From a virus (lineage: Duplodnaviria > Caudoviricetes): DNA of 64,000 nucleotides. Position numbers and translations under genes: made by a program. Under the pieces are notes generated by a model. That model searched no databases, had not been told where the DNA came from, and saw nothing but the letters and a program-made list of their open reading frames with translations. The stretch covers positions 32,001-96,000 of IMG/VR virus record IMGVR_UViG_3300036802_000003. One strand, 5' to 3'. Each line of letters opens with the position of its first letter. Position 1 is the stretch's first letter. Shown one piece after another: positions 38,160-47,837 of this stretch.

Positions 38160-38915
38160 ATGAACACAACATATAAAGAGACTATCAAGAAGGTTAGTGA
38201 GTTGCTAAAGGAATCGAAAAAGACGGTGGTTCTGTCTGGTGCAGGGCTTTCGACTGAATGTGGTCTACAAGACTTTAGAAGCACTAATGGTCTGTACAGA
38301 GATAGCAATATTCAAGAGCTAGCAACAACTAGAGGGTTGTGGAATAACACGCATAAGTTTACCCAGTATTACAGGGAGCGTATTGGTCAAGTACTAGCTA
38401 ATGAGCCTGATGAGTCTTATATGTGTATTAATGACTGGGCTGAACAGGGCTTAGTCCACCATATTATCACTCAGAATGTAGATGGTTATCATGGACAGGT
38501 TAATACTGCTGATATTCCGATCCATATGTTACATGGGGACTTAGCTAATTGCTTCTGTGCTGAGTGTAAGAAAACTGTTGCTAGTTCCTATTATATGCAT
38601 AATATTAGATGTCCCCACTGTGGTAGTGGGTTGATGAGACCTAATGTTATCTTATTCAACGAGCAGTTATCCCAGAGAACTCTAGCATTATCATTATCTG
38701 CTGTACAGACTGCTGAACTAACTATTGTAATGGGTTCTTCCCTACAGGTAACCCCAGCAGCTATTCTACCTGCCTACACTAAGAAGAATGGTGGAAAGCT
38801 AGTAATCATTAACAATGAAGAGACGCCATTAGACCATATCGCTGATGTTATTATAAACTCTCCTCTGGGAGAAACAATAAGTGCAATCAATAAGGAACTA
38901 GGTACTTCAGCCTAG
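38160..38915 (+). CDS. Sir2/CobB NAD-dependent deacylase
   Basis: GAGLST..G..DFR, TQNVDG.H, LHG, two CxxC, RPNVILF, GSSLQV.PAA. Confidence 0.92.
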   Translation: MNTTYKETIKKVSELLKESKKTVVLSGAGLSTECGLQDFRSTNGLYRDSNIQELATTRGLWNNTHKFTQYYRERIGQVLANEPDESYMCINDWAEQGLVHHIITQNVDGYHGQVNTADIPIHMLHGDLANCFCAECKKTVASSYYMHNIRCPHCGSGLMRPNVILFNEQLSQRTLALSLSAVQTAELTIVMGSSLQVTPAAILPAYTKKNGGKLVIINNEETPLDHIADVIINSPLGETISAINKELGTSA

Positions 38916-39073
38916 TTCCTTTTCATTTGTTTGACTTCTCGTGGTGTTTCCTTCAAAATGAAGTCATCGAGTTGAGTTGGTTGATTCACTCTACGGAGTA
39001 GCTAAGGATGGAGATTCCGTCCTTCGGGCAAACTAACTTCAAAAGATACCAAAGATAAAAGGAGCTGGTTATA

Positions 39074-39478
39074 ATGGCAGTAAAACAACGTAAGGTGACA
39101 AAAGCACTACAATCACAGGTGGATACTTATATAGTGGCATATGAAAAGATGAAAGAGCTTGAGAAGTTAACTAAGCAGTTACGTGAAAGTATTGAGTCTG
39201 AAATGGATGCACGTGGTATCTTTGCTATACCAGGTTCAGATAAAGGTGGTATTAAGATAGAATTCGGTGAGAGAGTTAGTACCTCTTCCCAGTACACAAC
39301 ATACTGCACCTCTCTACTTAGAAGTATCCCATTAAATCTAGCTAAGCAGTGTGAGACTTTGGTGGTGGATAAGAATGAGGTAGAAGACCTTATCAAGCGT
39401 GGGCACTTATCTAAGAGCCTATGTGAAGAGCACAAGATTAAGAACCCTAGCAGAACATTCAAAACTAGCATTAAATAA
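39074..39478 (+). CDS. hypothetical protein
   Basis: RBS; promoter TTGACT-N17-CAAAAT at 38931. Confidence 0.7.
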   Translation: MAVKQRKVTKALQSQVDTYIVAYEKMKELEKLTKQLRESIESEMDARGIFAIPGSDKGGIKIEFGERVSTSSQYTTYCTSLLRSIPLNLAKQCETLVVDKNEVEDLIKRGHLSKSLCEEHKIKNPSRTFKTSIK

Positions 39479-39500
39479 AACTACTAGGAGGTGGGTGTCT

Positions 39501-39881
39501 ATGGGTCTCTTTGGAGACATTTTTAGACGGTTGGGTGGGAAAGCTTATGAGCGAGATTTGCGTAAGCAGTACGATCATCGTAGGCGCAAGTGGACGGAAT
39601 ATGGGTACTGGAAAAACATCGGTACCCCTATCCATGATAACTGGGAATGGGTTGACCTTAAACCTGGAGAATATAAAGCCCCTAAGTGGCTTAACGTTAT
39701 AGAGATGCCTGAAGGTCATTACCTTATAAAGCTAACTGATGAAGCACTTCCTGATACAGAAGAGGTTGTCAAATGTGGATGTATAAGGGACGTAGAAATT
39801 AGCGTAGGGCTATTGAAAAGTTATTATGAGTGTCTAGGTGAAGTAATAGTTGACGTTAATACCGAGAAGAGAACAATTTAA
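39501..39881 (+). CDS. hypothetical protein
   Basis: AGGAGGTG RBS. Confidence 0.65.
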   Translation: MGLFGDIFRRLGGKAYERDLRKQYDHRRRKWTEYGYWKNIGTPIHDNWEWVDLKPGEYKAPKWLNVIEMPEGHYLIKLTDEALPDTEEVVKCGCIRDVEISVGLLKSYYECLGEVIVDVNTEKRTI

Positions 39882-39917
39882 CCGTCCTCGTTTTATTAAT
39901 CAAAGGAGAGTGTCCAT

Positions 39918-40148
39918 ATGACAAACGTGATTGAGTTTACAGCTAAGAGTAATCGTAAGGGAGTAACATCAGTTCCAATACAGGGTGACCTTTTTGACCA
40001 GATGTTATCTAAAGAGATTGCAAACGTATTAAAGGCTACAGGTCTTCCAACTGAGGAGTCAGCACTAAAGTTCGTTAGCGACTTCTATAGAAAGTATCCA
40101 GCATTAGTAGAGCTTGCTCGTAGCCAAGAAAATTTACTAAGGAGGTAA
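39918..40148 (+). CDS. hypothetical protein
   Basis: RBS AAGGAG. Confidence 0.65.
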   Translation: MTNVIEFTAKSNRKGVTSVPIQGDLFDQMLSKEIANVLKATGLPTEESALKFVSDFYRKYPALVELARSQENLLRR

Positions 40149-40153
40149 CTATT

Positions 40154-40405
40154 ATGGCTGACCAAATGATTATGCACTTTCGTAGGATGAGAGATATACC
40201 TGTAAGAGGTCGCTTGATACTAGAGGTTGACTATGAAGCAGGTACAGCTAATATGGTTAAAGAAGGTATAGATGAGAATGGTTCGGATATAGGCTTCCAT
40301 GATGACTTACCTGATGAGTGTAAGTACTGTGGTAAAGAAGTAGATAATGCAGGTGGAGTTGCTTGTAACAACTGTTTAGATAAACGTAAAGATACGTTGG
40401 AGTAG
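40154..40405 (+). CDS. hypothetical protein with C-terminal zinc ribbon
   Basis: CKYC..CNNC. Confidence 0.65.
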   Translation: MADQMIMHFRRMRDIPVRGRLILEVDYEAGTANMVKEGIDENGSDIGFHDDLPDECKYCGKEVDNAGGVACNNCLDKRKDTLE

Positions 40406-40417
40406 GAGGAAATTATT

Positions 40418-40540
40418 ATGGATAACAATACTATGGGTGGATTAGCTAGAGCACTACGTAACTATCATTACTATGAGAAATCAGGACGTAACCCTGTCCT
40501 GTCACCTTTCTCACTAATCCGTAGACTATTCGTTAGCTAA
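40418..40540 (+). CDS. 40-aa hypothetical protein
   Basis: AGGAGG RBS; MDNNTMGGLARAL... Confidence 0.55.
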   Translation: MDNNTMGGLARALRNYHYYEKSGRNPVLSPFSLIRRLFVS

Positions 40541-40553
40541 TCCCCTAAAGGGG

Positions 40554-40754
40554 GTGAGACCTGTGGGGAAACGTAAGGACACTTTAATAGCCTTTCAGCT
40601 AGAGGTAAGTGAAGCTATGAGGAAGAATAAGCATGGCTATAAGACCTTGCTGAAGCGAGTACAGAACAAGGTGTTCCGTAATATTACTAGGTCAGAGCAT
40701 GAGAGTACGTTGGAGAGTTTAGTAGTCAGAAAGTGGAGCAGTAAGGATGTTTGA
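40554..40754 (+). CDS. basic hypothetical protein
   Basis: ORF. Confidence 0.55.
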   Translation: MRPVGKRKDTLIAFQLEVSEAMRKNKHGYKTLLKRVQNKVFRNITRSEHESTLESLVVRKWSSKDV

Positions 40755-40822
40755 CAACTGGGGATGAGACACAATATTTGGTTCTAACATCAGGGGATAA
40801 CATAAGTCCAATATAAAAAGGA

Positions 40823-41008
40823 GTGTGTCCAATGAAAGGGAGAAGAGAAGCTGTAGTTACGTTGAATGTGATTAAGTTAGATATTGATTACCAGTTACAA
40901 ACTTTATTCGATGCTATGAAGTCTAATGATGACCAAGCTAAACAACAAGCTAAGGCTAAGCTCTATACCCTTCGCAACCAGTTGAATAATCATAAATTGG
41001 GGGTATAG
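40823..41008 (+). CDS. small helical hypothetical protein
   Basis: ORF with AAGGAG RBS (ATG at 40832 is more likely). Confidence 0.6.
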   Translation: MCPMKGRREAVVTLNVIKLDIDYQLQTLFDAMKSNDDQAKQQAKAKLYTLRNQLNNHKLGV

Positions 41009-41010
41009 TC

Positions 41011-41271
41011 ATGAAAGGAGTCATCAAGTATATTCCATGGGCAGTACGGATAGCATCACTACTAATGTTGTTTATATACTTGGGTAATGTTAAAGACATG
41101 ATAGATATCTACAACACTAGAGTAGGAGATGCACAGTCTGCTATGCAGGCTACTCAGTTGTCAAGTGAGTCTATTATGCAGATGATAAGACATGTAGCAG
41201 TAGTGGTAACTTTTGGTTTATTGTGGATAGCATTAGAAATTAATGTGTTGCGTAACCTAGAGAAGAAGTAG
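41011..41271 (+). CDS. two-TM membrane protein
   Basis: two hydrophobic helices. Confidence 0.65.
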   Translation: MKGVIKYIPWAVRIASLLMLFIYLGNVKDMIDIYNTRVGDAQSAMQATQLSSESIMQMIRHVAVVVTFGLLWIALEINVLRNLEKK

Positions 41272-41352
41272 ACTTTGTTACATGCTTACCCCTTAGGGGG
41301 TGAGTATTATAGAGGGTCTAAGGCTCTAAGTATTAAAGGGGGAGAGGATTAG

Positions 41353-41655
41353 ATGAAACTAGAAAATAGTAAGGAAGACTTAATTGTATGTATCCGTTCA
41401 GCAATGATAGAAGGGGCAGAATGGATGGCTCTACTAGTAGTAATGCCAGAGCACCCAGCACCACAACTTATTATTGACCCTAAGGAGAACTTTACTGCAA
41501 GACTTAGCTTTCTCCGTAATACATACAACGATGAATTAGAACATGCACATAATCCAGCAGTAAGAATCGTAGGATTCTCTAGTGGGTCTAATATCTCTAA
41601 GGTATCTAAGATTTACAAACTATATATGAAAAAACTACAAGAGGGAGAGAAATAA
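41353..41655 (+). CDS. hypothetical protein
   Basis: ORF with RBS. Confidence 0.7.
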   Translation: MKLENSKEDLIVCIRSAMIEGAEWMALLVVMPEHPAPQLIIDPKENFTARLSFLRNTYNDELEHAHNPAVRIVGFSSGSNISKVSKIYKLYMKKLQEGEK

Positions 41656-41656
41656 T

Positions 41657-42082
41657 ATGAAACTAATTATTGGTAAGGTAGCATCAGGTAAGAGCCAGAA
41701 GGTTATTGATATAGCTAAAGAGCATGCTTCTAATGGGGAAGAGACATTAATTGTAACAAGCCTAGGAGAGGAACTAGGTGAGCGCTTTGGAGCAGCTAAA
41801 CGTGAACTAGGGGATGAGCATAAGGGTAACTTTATGGTGACTTCTATCAAGCCTCACTCATCAGATAACCCAGACTTTGCAGTAATAAAAGGTATGATTC
41901 CTGTATTCGGTGCTACCCCTGATGTTATCATAGTGCATGCTGAGGTCTTCTCTAGGGACTTAGTATTAGCTATTATGAATCTAGAGTCTGTAATGAAAGC
42001 CAAGGTTTATATGGTGGTACAAGCCAATAGTGAGTTTGCACCTGGAGTACAAGTAGTAGACGTAGAAGAGGTGATTAACTGA
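41657..42082 (+). CDS. small P-loop protein (thymidine-kinase-like N-terminus, degenerate)
   Basis: IIGKVASGKS. Confidence 0.55.
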   Translation: MKLIIGKVASGKSQKVIDIAKEHASNGEETLIVTSLGEELGERFGAAKRELGDEHKGNFMVTSIKPHSSDNPDFAVIKGMIPVFGATPDVIIVHAEVFSRDLVLAIMNLESVMKAKVYMVVQANSEFAPGVQVVDVEEVIN

Positions 42083-42345
42083 TGGTAGAAAATACTACTC
42101 AATTCCTATCCCTCCTAAAACTTGCTCAAGGTCATAGATTAAAGGATGCATCTGTTGTTAAGCATGATGATGCTAGTGGAGACTATGAAAGCATAGTACT
42201 GGAGTTCCAAGGGGACAATGGTGATGCAGTTAGCTTTACATTTACTTCCAATTTCCAAATATCCAACAGGGATAGAGATATCATAGATACAAGTATTGAT
42301 GTAGAATCTGCTCGTATAGTTGTGGACTTGCTAGAGAAAAAATAA
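42082..42345 (+). CDS. hypothetical protein
   Basis: ORF, coupled start. Confidence 0.65.
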   Translation: MVENTTQFLSLLKLAQGHRLKDASVVKHDDASGDYESIVLEFQGDNGDAVSFTFTSNFQISNRDRDIIDTSIDVESARIVVDLLEKK

Positions 42346-42360
42346 AGGGGGACAAGCACT

Positions 42361-42642
42361 ATGGACAACATTAAAGATGCTAAATTAAAGAGGGTATTAA
42401 CACTACGACACACTATTGAAGAGACTAATAAGAACCTATCAGAGATGAGTGCAGAGTTAACAACACTAGAGAAGGAGTTATATATGGAGTGTGAACATGA
42501 ACGTATGACTCGTGTTTCTGAGTGGACTAAGGTGGATAGCGCTACTACTCTAGTGTTTATGCAGGCTAATTATAAGTGTGATGAGTGCGGTCACATAGAA
42601 TCCATTATGGGGAGAGCTGATAGCAATGTTATCAACCAATAA
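42361..42642 (+). CDS. coiled-coil plus zinc-ribbon hypothetical protein
   Basis: CEH...CDECG. Confidence 0.65.
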   Translation: MDNIKDAKLKRVLTLRHTIEETNKNLSEMSAELTTLEKELYMECEHERMTRVSEWTKVDSATTLVFMQANYKCDECGHIESIMGRADSNVINQ

Positions 42643-43033
42643 TGATAAAGCTATACAGGACATGCTTAACAATAATTGTGAGGTTCGGTTCATTCGTATA
42701 GTTAACGGTGAGGTAAGGGAGCTATGCATGGAGCGGTTTGGTAAAGCATTCATTATACGCTTCACACCATTTGGTCAGCCTATGGTAATGAAACCAGAGT
42801 ATTCTGTATACAAAATAGGTGGTAAGGGTAGAGAAATTAGAGTAGCAGCCTTTTTTGCAGAGGAACTAGAAGACAATATGAAAAACTTTGGTTTCCGTGA
42901 AGGAATGATAGAGGAATGGTATAATGAACTAGTAAGAAACCCTAAGGAGAGGTTTTATAACTCTAACCACACCTTCTACTTTACTAGAACCCCTGACGAT
43001 GAACGTGGATTTAAGAGCAATATACTATCATAA
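42626..43033 (+). CDS. hypothetical protein
   Basis: ORF followed by terminator. Confidence 0.65.
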   Translation: MLSTNNDKAIQDMLNNNCEVRFIRIVNGEVRELCMERFGKAFIIRFTPFGQPMVMKPEYSVYKIGGKGREIRVAAFFAEELEDNMKNFGFREGMIEEWYNELVRNPKERFYNSNHTFYFTRTPDDERGFKSNILS

Positions 43034-43035
43034 TA

Positions 43036-43062
43036 GGACTCCTACGGGAGTCCTTTTCTTTT
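43036..43062 (+). terminator. intrinsic terminator with cUACGg tetraloop
   Basis: AGGACTCC-TACG-GGAGTCCTTTT. Confidence 0.85.
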
Positions 43063-43255
43063 TGCTCTCCGTTGGTTTCCTCCCCTCTACAGAACTTTCT
43101 AACGAAGTTTCCAATCATCCCCCTATCTGAAACTTCCCCCGAATCCGTTTGCCTTTCAGAAAACTTCCCTACCAGACTTGATAAGGGTTTCTCCTGTTTG
43201 AATCAGTACCCATTTCCGCATATATTTCTTTGTAGTTGGTAACATTAGGAGGTGC

Positions 43256-43405
43256 ATGATGGAAGGACTAAAGAAAATAGTAGAAGCTACAGTAGACGGA
43301 GTACGGATCACAGGAGTCCTAGTTGCCAGTGAGAATGGCAAGTACGTAATACAGCTTGAGGATGGTAGCAGAGTAGTGTCTGATAATATCAAGGAGGTAG
43401 AATAG
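43256..43405 (+). CDS. 49-aa beta-rich protein (not in ORF track)
   Basis: AGGAGGTG RBS; MMEGLKKIVEATVDGVRITG... Confidence 0.6.
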   Translation: MMEGLKKIVEATVDGVRITGVLVASENGKYVIQLEDGSRVVSDNIKEVE

Positions 43406-43406
43406 A

Positions 43407-44087
43407 ATGGCTAACTTTTTCTATATTACTGTCGATACTGTTGGTCCAGCTAACCCTACAGCTAGCATAGAGAGTGGAGCACAATACACTACTAAACAAC
43501 TTGTAAACATCGCTATAGGAACAACAGATGCTAGTACGGTTGGATACCAGATGAAGATTTGGGGAGATGTAGACAAGGCTTATGATTCTGATATTCAGGA
43601 TATAGAGGCATCGTCTAACTGGATTTCTTATACAACTACGAAACAAATTAAGCTAACAGCAGGTGACGCAGATAAGAACATTAGTATCAAGATTAGAGAT
43701 GATGTATTGAATGAATCAGCAGTAGCATCGGATGGTATCAAGCTTAGTGCAACGTTACCAAACGTTACTTCAGTTGCTTCTGATGTACGTGTGTCTAAGA
43801 AGGCTACTAAAGATGGATACACATTCACCTTCTCTGCTGATAAGCCATTTGTGGAGTACGCAGTTAAGGTAGTAGCTAATGCATCATCAGCACAGAACAC
43901 AGGTACTACTATCCCAACTACTAACGGTTCTATTAACACAGCTGGTACAGCAGGTAACTATGATACTTCTACTGTTCCTATCAACGTTACTATTAAGACA
44001 AATGACTTACTAGTAGCTAGCTCTGGTGATGGACAGAAGGGTATCAAAGTATTTGTTAAGGATGCCGCAGGGAACTGGAGTGCATAA
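43407..44087 (+). CDS. Ig-like repeat virion/accessory structural protein
   Basis: Thr/Ser-rich beta protein; DTVGP, VKDAAGNWS. Confidence 0.7.
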   Translation: MANFFYITVDTVGPANPTASIESGAQYTTKQLVNIAIGTTDASTVGYQMKIWGDVDKAYDSDIQDIEASSNWISYTTTKQIKLTAGDADKNISIKIRDDVLNESAVASDGIKLSATLPNVTSVASDVRVSKKATKDGYTFTFSADKPFVEYAVKVVANASSAQNTGTTIPTTNGSINTAGTAGNYDTSTVPINVTIKTNDLLVASSGDGQKGIKVFVKDAAGNWSA

Positions 44088-44089
44088 TT

Positions 44090-44542
44090 ATGGGTAACTT
44101 TTTCACTATAACCGTAGATACTACACCTCCAACTATTGAGATTACACATCCCAGACAACCTATCTATGGGGCTAATACAGAGATTATAGTGAAAGCTAAC
44201 GAAGAATTGGCAGAGTACCAGGGTCTGTACATTGTTGACAGTCTTGGTACTCGTCATTCTCTTATAGGTACGTTAGACTATGACACTATTACTTACAAGA
44301 CTAACTTCATCGGTATAGCTCTAGGTACTTGCAGAATCTATTGTACGGTAAAGGATGTTGTGGACAATATGTCAGAGGAATATGTATCAGTAATCAATCT
44401 AAGAACGTCAGCACTAGCTAATAAACAAGACTTAGAAGTAGGCAACTACTCACTGATAACCATGGAAGTATGGGAGACACCAATTGTAGACATGGAAGTA
44501 GGTGTGATGCCTAGAGTCATCATAGAGGAAGGGGAGTGGTAA
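44090..44542 (+). CDS. Ig-like structural protein
   Basis: N-terminus NFF.ITVDT..P shared with previous gene. Confidence 0.65.
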   Translation: MGNFFTITVDTTPPTIEITHPRQPIYGANTEIIVKANEELAEYQGLYIVDSLGTRHSLIGTLDYDTITYKTNFIGIALGTCRIYCTVKDVVDNMSEEYVSVINLRTSALANKQDLEVGNYSLITMEVWETPIVDMEVGVMPRVIIEEGEW

Positions 44543-44543
44543 T

Positions 44544-44858
44544 ATGTTACAGAAGAACCAAGGAGCTATAGTATACCAGACAGGTAATACTCAGCGTTTC
44601 TGGTGTATGTTTAGAGACCACAATAACAAGATTATAGAGCCAGACATGGTTAAGTTCCGTATCATGGATACAAAGACAGAGAAGCCAATAGAAGAGTTCG
44701 ATGTACCTAAGACACAGAGAATAGAAGGTGCATACTATTACGACTTCATACTGCCAGCTAAAGCTCAAATAATCACATACGAATGGTATAGCGAAACAGG
44801 AGGGTATCCAAACTTAAAGCGTAAGCAGTTCGACACTAAGTTCCTAGGACGTTGGTGA
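44544..44858 (+). CDS. Ig-like (BppU-type) structural protein
   Basis: G.T.R....F.D...I.PD...G.YYYDF pattern. Confidence 0.55.
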   Translation: MLQKNQGAIVYQTGNTQRFWCMFRDHNNKIIEPDMVKFRIMDTKTEKPIEEFDVPKTQRIEGAYYYDFILPAKAQIITYEWYSETGGYPNLKRKQFDTKFLGRW

Positions 44859-44862
44859 GTAT

Positions 44863-45798
44863 ATGGGCGTAATAACAGATGGATTAATTGGATACTGGAA
44901 TGCACAGAAGGATTGTACACCTACTTTGTGGAAGAATATTGCTCCTGCTACTGTAGGAACACTAGATGCGATTCCACAAGGAGGTAACCTAGTCATCGAG
45001 GGGGATGGCGTGGTTAACATAGCACCAAGATATTTAACAGTACCAGGCATTAACCTGTCTACAGGTCAGTCTACTATGGAGATAGTATTTTCTCTTAGGA
45101 GACCAGAGGATGCTACTAAGATGACAATGATTATGTTCGGTGTAGGGTTCGAGATGTTAGCCTTAGCTAAGACAGGTACCCAATTAAATGCACTAGGTGC
45201 TATCACTAGACCTGTTCAGCTTAACGTGGACACAGTGTTGGATGGTAAGACTCAGTTAGCAATAGTTAATACTGGTGGTGCTGGTGATGTATACATGAAC
45301 GGTGTTAAGATTGGTACCATGCCTGGTCTAGGTAACTACACTAAGAACAACTATAATCTGTACCTTGGTGCATCATTCCTTAGTGGTACTGCTGGACAAC
45401 AGTTCGATGGTAAGATACATGTGGCTAGAATGTATAACAAGGCACTGACTCCTGCACAAATACTAGAGAACTATAACAGTTCCTCTGATATAGGACTCAC
45501 CAATCCTGCACCATTAGTGACTATCACTAACATAACAAGGACTACTGTGAGTAAGAAGCTAGGGGTAGACAAAGCTACTGTTACATTCAAGTTCGATAAG
45601 GATGTACAGAAGTATGAGTTTAGAGCAGGTGGTATGGGGCAAGGACTTGGTGTACTATTAGGTGCAGGTACAAGTAAGACTGCTAACCAAGTCATTACCG
45701 CTGACCTATACTATTCTGACCAACTATTAGAAGGTATCAACAAGATAAATATCTATGGACAAGATATGGCAGGCAACTGGACACCTTACGAATCCTAA
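44863..45798 (+). CDS. LamG/concanavalin-like lectin-domain structural protein
   Basis: GLIGYW, YMNG, FDGKI...RMYNKALT..QI..NY; C-terminal Ig-like domain. Confidence 0.75.
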   Translation: MGVITDGLIGYWNAQKDCTPTLWKNIAPATVGTLDAIPQGGNLVIEGDGVVNIAPRYLTVPGINLSTGQSTMEIVFSLRRPEDATKMTMIMFGVGFEMLALAKTGTQLNALGAITRPVQLNVDTVLDGKTQLAIVNTGGAGDVYMNGVKIGTMPGLGNYTKNNYNLYLGASFLSGTAGQQFDGKIHVARMYNKALTPAQILENYNSSSDIGLTNPAPLVTITNITRTTVSKKLGVDKATVTFKFDKDVQKYEFRAGGMGQGLGVLLGAGTSKTANQVITADLYYSDQLLEGINKINIYGQDMAGNWTPYES

Positions 45799-45959
45799 GG
45801 GCAGGGCTACTCTTTCTAGAGTGTTCCTGCCTTTTCTTTATGTATAGAAATGGTAACCATACACAGATGTGTTTCGATGTAAAAGTTCAGGTGTCCAGAA
45901 TCGTTTTATTTGGTATAACTTTCAACCATTTGAATAATGTATCGAAATACCTATAGTTT

Positions 45960-46180
45960 ATAACTGTAACCGTCAGTTAGGAAGCAGTTATTAAAAGTAA
46001 AGTTTAGTTCAGTACTCACTGACACACACTTTACTGTGATAGCAAGCATCCAGAACGGAGCTAGAAAACATACGTTTAACTAGTGTTTTCTTACATGGAG
46101 AGCTTGCTATCAAGCGTACATCTCCTTTATAGTTGCTAGACAATGAAGAGAGTTCTTTTATATAAGGACTCTCTTTTTTG
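45960..46180 (+). ncRNA. candidate ~220-nt structured small RNA
   Basis: three consecutive stems plus terminator; TTGAAT-N16-TATAGT upstream; no plausible ORF. Confidence 0.55.
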
Positions 46181-46298
46181 TATGCCTTTATATCGTTACA
46201 ACTCATCACTTTTCTCAATCTCCTATTTCTAAATCAATAAACTAAGGAGATGAATCCTATAGGATTTATGAGAATCATTTGAGTAGAAACGATATTTA

Positions 46299-46480
46299 GG
46301 GCATGTGCCCCAAAGGGGTGCTTGGTTACAAGGTAGCCAACACAACTGGCAACAGGGGCTACCGAGCATGTACACGGAGCATAGCGGAGGTGTCAGCGGA
46401 GCCATACGGATGCATAGCGGAGTATGGAGGTATCCAGCGGATTACCTGTAGCGTACCCTAGTTGACACTTGGGACAGGAT
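46299..46480 (+). ncRNA. candidate GC-rich multi-branched RNA with repeated CGGA
   Basis: several stems; six CGGA in 67 nt; strand not certain. Confidence 0.5.
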
Positions 46481-46806
46481 AGTGTGGGTGGGAAACTATG
46501 CCTAAAAGTATAGGAATAGTTACTGAGTATATGGATGTACTCAGGGAATCCCAAGGATTTATAGGAATAGGAGAGTAGTTATGGATTCACAGTTCTATTA
46601 AGGTAGATGAGGACATACAGTAGGAAACAGAGTAGGGATTGGCGGAGAACACCCGTTTGGGGTGCCCGTACCGCCCCCTATAGGCACATCATAGCTAATT
46701 TTCCTACTCCAACTCACTTCTCTTATCTTACAAATTGCTACCTACACACAGCCAAGATATGGCATCACTCACGTATAAAACTACTAAAGGAGAGTGCCAC
46801 ACTATT

Positions 46807-47112
46807 ATGTCAGAGAATAACTTCATTACCAGTAAGCCTCATCTAGGTACTGACTCCTCATACGGAGCAGACAGAGACCATATAGATAAACAATTCAACA
46901 GTATACAACAGGGCACTGCCCCTACGTGCATTGTATGCACGAATACGGCAAGCTACAAACTAATACCCAAACACTCACACAACAATACAGCGGAGATACA
47001 GGATAGAGGATATGTGTGTGAACACTGTCTTAAGCAACAGTATTTTAAACCAGAAGAGTATGGTATTAGAGCAATACCTACTACTAACAACCCTGGAGGT
47101 AGCCTACTATGA
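46807..47112 (+). CDS. hypothetical zinc-binding protein
   Basis: AAGGAG RBS; CIVC..CEHC. Confidence 0.65.
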   Translation: MSENNFITSKPHLGTDSSYGADRDHIDKQFNSIQQGTAPTCIVCTNTASYKLIPKHSHNNTAEIQDRGYVCEHCLKQQYFKPEEYGIRAIPTTNNPGGSLL

Positions 47113-47822
47113 CTCACAGAAAGAAGCTAAGTATTGAGGAGTTATCCACAGAAATGCTAGAAACAAGACACCATAAGCTAGAACGCCTAGTAAAGTGGGA
47201 ACATGGGGAAGAGGTTAATGAGATGCTGCTTACAGGGGTATCTCCCCATAAGGTATCCGACTGGTGTAAGGAGCGTGGCTTCAACATATCACACCCTAAG
47301 CTATATGAATACAAAGACATGTTGCAGGAAGCTATAACAAAGCAGATAACAGTAGAACGTATGTTAGGTATAGGGATGCCAAAGCGTAAACCTATAGTAC
47401 TTAATACCATAGCACTGCAAAACACTAAGCATATGGTAAAGAGTGAGATGGAAGTACTAGATGGTATCATACAGATTGGGATGAACAGTTTATATACCTC
47501 ACCCACAGTAAAACTACAAGATGCTATGAAGGCTATAGAGCTAAAGCATAAATTAACTGGTGGTAACCATGGAGCACTCACTAGCTACGGTCTAGACCAG
47601 CTGAGAGCAGTAGAGCAAGCTAAGTTCCAGGCTATTATAGAAGTGGTTATGAAATACTTACCAGAGGATAAGCACACTGAACTAGAGCAGGCAATACTAG
47701 ATGCAGAACGTAGCTACTATGAGAACTATGCACCAGAGCTATTAGAAGAGTATGAGAAGACTGTAGATGAGCAATACGGTGATGATAAAGATACAATAGT
47801 AGTATCAGATAGCCAATTCTAA
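47109..47822 (+). CDS. conserved phage protein with N-terminal HTH-like region
   Basis: GGAGG RBS; GVSPHKVSDWC...ISHPKL. Confidence 0.7.
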   Translation: MTHRKKLSIEELSTEMLETRHHKLERLVKWEHGEEVNEMLLTGVSPHKVSDWCKERGFNISHPKLYEYKDMLQEAITKQITVERMLGIGMPKRKPIVLNTIALQNTKHMVKSEMEVLDGIIQIGMNSLYTSPTVKLQDAMKAIELKHKLTGGNHGALTSYGLDQLRAVEQAKFQAIIEVVMKYLPEDKHTELEQAILDAERSYYENYAPELLEEYEKTVDEQYGDDKDTIVVSDSQF

Positions 47823-47837
47823 AGGGGGTACTCACAG

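Noticed and set aside
38160-38915. Defence-type Sir2 NADase
   Set aside because: Has the zinc ribbon and full CobB-type deacylase motifs, with no fused defence domains
41269-41325. Eighth copy of motif A
   Set aside because: Shares only a similar hairpin; lacks TGCTAG, TGGA and ACCTAG, so more likely a simple processing stem
46009-46846. ORFs 46009..46218 (-) and 46607..46846 (+)
   Set aside because: No convincing RBS; region is better explained by RNA structure
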